Assembly (NCBI GenBank): GCA_965285935.1
Contig: OZ260664.1
Coordinates: 86,552,001-86,616,000 of the forward strand
Direction of reading: 5' to 3'
DNA: 64,000 nucleotides
From: Ophelia neglecta
Lineage: Eukaryota
The notes below the pieces were generated by a model. The model ran no database searches. It had not been told where the DNA came from and was given only the letters and a program-made list of their open reading frames with translations. Position 1 is the stretch's first letter, and each line of letters starts with the position of its first letter. Positions 60,714-64,000 of the stretch are shown piece by piece. Position numbers and translations under genes: made by a program.

Positions 60714-63700
60714 CAGAAACAGGGAAGCTTACATATAGGGCCTAACAAGTCAGAAGATGTATTATTAGATGAAAATTTCTGTCAACATTAAGCCATGAAC
60801 TAAAGATGATAATTGACCGAGCATGTAAGCGATGTTATTTTAAGAGAGTTTGAGAATAATCCAATATTCATAAGTCCAGTATACAGCTGTACCTGGGTTA
60901 CTGCGAGTGAATCACTATTGCTTTAAAACCTTGTTATTAAACTCATTGAAGCAAAAGAATGGGCAATATCGGTTTAATTTGCATTTCTCTTAAAATGACA
61001 TTCCAAGGTCAGATAAAATACATTTAGAAAATAAAGCATCTCACCATCCCCTTTATATTCTAAATGTCCTGTGTCTGTCATGTTACAAAGGTTTGCTTTC
61101 AATAATGTGATAACAATACACACACCAAAGACAGCTAATAATGTTTTGTGTGTTGTGTTGTAATATGTCATTAGTCTCGTGTCCAGAATACCCTTTTATT
61201 CCATTAAATCAACAATAAGAGATATGATCGCCTTAAATAATCCATAAATTGCATCTTAATATCAAATAGAGTCAATGGTGGACTAGGAGCGTTCACAATA
61301 ACGATACTATAATTAATTAGGGCTCCACAAACAGAAAACCATGAAGGAAGATAATCAAGGCGAGGAGCTGGGGGTGGGGTCGTTTGAAGCAGGTACAAAT
61401 TGCGAAGTGAAAATATGAATTATGAACCATGAATTAGATTCAAATCACCACCATGGTGCCATATACGATCCCCTGTTTTGCTACGACTCATGTCCTATAG
61501 TAACAATAATTCAACCGGCCTCTTGAACAGTCAAGCGGCCGTCTTAGACAATTTTTGAACTCAAATGTAAGTTGTCCACGCATATTGCATGTTTAAGACT
61601 TCATAAAAAGTCCACACAACAATCGCGTGCCGTAGTCACCGTTCTTACTCGAAAGTGCAATGCTTAGCGATATGCAATTACAGATACGACCACCCTGATC
61701 GAACTCTTTTCTTTTTTACATTTTAATATTTTACTTACTTGATGTTATCGCCATTTTATAAACAGCCTACAAAACCCATGTGGCCGAGGGCAAAGGCCTT
61801 ACGGTCTGAGACATCTTGTGTATCAACTTGGTCTTGCCAAGGGCCCCAATGTGTCCTTCTTCACGTAATAGTTCCTGACAGGGGACAGGGGCAACAATGA
61901 ATTGCCAATAATCAATATAATTACATGCCGTCTTAACCCGTGTGAATGTTCCAAAGCCTGTATCAGTGCAATTACAGACAAGGTTTGAGCCGCCGTATTT
62001 GTGATCCCGCTAAGGCACGCACCCTAAGATTGAAATTTTGTTATCAGGGAAGCTAAAAATTCTGTATAACTGGGCGATATACTGGAGTAAAAATCAATTC
62101 ACCTCGAAAATATATTCAGCGTAGAATACCTGCTCCCAGTATCATTGACAGGCTTCAACTTTAAAGCGAATTAAATAAAAATGCTGGTGAATATAAATGC
62201 AATAGTATGCATCCAATATCCTATGTCCTATATCATATCCTGCACATTCAGCTTCTTAAACTATGTAAACAGATTTGGTTGATTGTATACTATATCATGC
62301 ACATATATTTCTGCACAAATATATTTCTATCAGCATTACCTTAGGTCATCCCAATTCCTAAATTTCCACCTACCCGCTATAGAGATACAAATATCTTACT
62401 TTTGGGCGGACAGTGTGTCGTTTCATTGAAATGACCGACCTGGATGTCGCCAGTCCTAAATGACCGTATATATTTGTTTTAATTATGCCTATGTGTGCCT
62501 GAATATAATATTATTTCTCCAAAAAATTAGATGATTCTTATTCTCAACATGGATACATAAAGGTAGACCTCGGGCACGGAGGACTTTTATTCTTTCTATG
62601 AACGGTGAAGACATGTGTCCTGCGGCTTCTGTGACCACTGTGTTTGTGATATGGAGTCCAAAGGTGCCACAATGGGTTTATGGGTGGTTGGGAGGTAGAG
62701 CAGTACCCGAGCTAATAAATTTCCGTGGCAATTTCAATATGACAGATATCATCCTATAACTCAGATTAATCTACGTCGGAATCATACGGCACACTCCGGG
62801 CGTTGTTCATTTTCTATCGGTTACCGACGATTTTGACAGCTGTCACAATGCCTTTCATCAGCAACAAAATCATTTCCCTGACCTGCAAACGTTTTTTTAT
62901 GCCTACTCTTCTCCCTTGATAGGTGTGGGTGAGGAAGAAGAACTTATATGAGTAGGAAATATGTTCATTTTTTTCTTATGCCGCGTTAGGGTCTGTGCAA
63001 GGAGCTAAACATTGTGAATGTTCACCCTTTGCAGGTATATATAGTCCCCCTCCCTAGGGTTTGTAAATCTGTGTGTGCGCCTCCGATGTAGGCCCTAGAA
63101 CATTGCTTACCAATTTATATCCGATACAACGTTTGCAACTTAAAGTGGGTTTTTCCAATATTTCTCGGAAGTGCAGCCATTTTGTCCGCTATTTCACGTA
63201 GCGCTTATTAGTTTCTTCAGTGTGTAAAGAATATATCAAATGTCATCATTTCCCAGGCCGATACGCCAATAAATGACTCAAGTCAGACATCCCATTATCT
63301 TTGATCGACACTATAATTACTATAGAACTTAGGGTCTACGAAATTAAAGATATCGTGGCTAATATTGCGAGCTCGTTTGTAATAGTTTACTACAGCGAAG
63401 GAGATGGGTGTCGGTTTGTGCTCTCTTAGCCAACCACGCCTAGGCGGACGACGTGCGTCGCGGATTAATTCTAGTTCCGGGCGCGGACTGCGACCCCAAG
63501 TTTATCCCTGGCCATCTATTGCTAAAAACATACAGGTGTCCCTAAAGTGGGTGTAACAATTCCAACTTAATACGTTTGCAAACCAATTTTTCCACAACTT
63601 ATATCAGAGAGTGGAAGCCTGTGGTTTGCCTTTTATTGGATATTCATGATGTGCGAGTGTATTATTTCCGTTTGTCTGTTTAAATCCTTTTACTCGCCTG

Positions 63701-64000
63701 ATATTTAACATCATATCTGAACATTATGTAATAATGGCATTTAGAATTTGTTTGGACTGTTTCTGAAAGCCGAATCATTCAGCTCTCCGCCCTTATAAGT
63801 TTTGTCTTGATCCAGCCAGGAAAGCAGGAGCGTCATTTTTTGGAATTAAACAAAAACTACGATTGGCCGAAATCGCAGGAGACAAATTGGATACAATTCG
63901 AACACAAATGAAGACAATTATCGCCAGAAAAACGCCAATTTTGACAATTTTAATTGTTTCATCCCATTTTTTTTATTTTTCAACCATAAATAAGTGGTAC

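Noticed and set aside
59000-64000. Search for a further gene or RNA gene at the right end
   Set aside because: Only scattered splice-like sites and short ORFs; no consistent model, tRNA, rRNA or CRISPR-like array seen

Overview
AT-rich animal genomic DNA (spliced genes, many transposons; probably an invertebrate, taxon not determinable by eye). The main content is a pair of immunoglobulin-superfamily (IgSF) genes placed head-to-head with start codons only 210 bp apart. Gene A (+, 34093-57844, 22 hand-built exons, about 1612 aa) encodes a signal peptide, 11 Ig domains, 2 FN3-like domains (the second with an RRRR|S furin-type site), one TM helix and a tail with tandem ITIM (IIYAEL) and ITSM (TIYATI) motifs. 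Gene B (-, 33882 to at least 19549) encodes a signal peptide, 2 Ig domains and 3 predicted TM helices, with a possible single-pass splice form. Both N-terminal V-like domains have 6 Cys and a W-x-C F-strand, and both lie with the shared promoter in a 1.34-kb cassette. I propose (inference) a linked receptor/ligand or receptor/co-receptor self-recognition module. The left part holds a young full-length BEL/Pao LTR retrotransposon (4061-10860, one in-frame stop) nested in a non-autonomous hAT-type element with a perfect 8-bp TSD. The rest has PIF/Harbinger MITEs and remnants, SINEs, LINE fragments and an old BEL/Pao relic. Exon models rest on splice signals and frame/phase consistency only; no database search was run.
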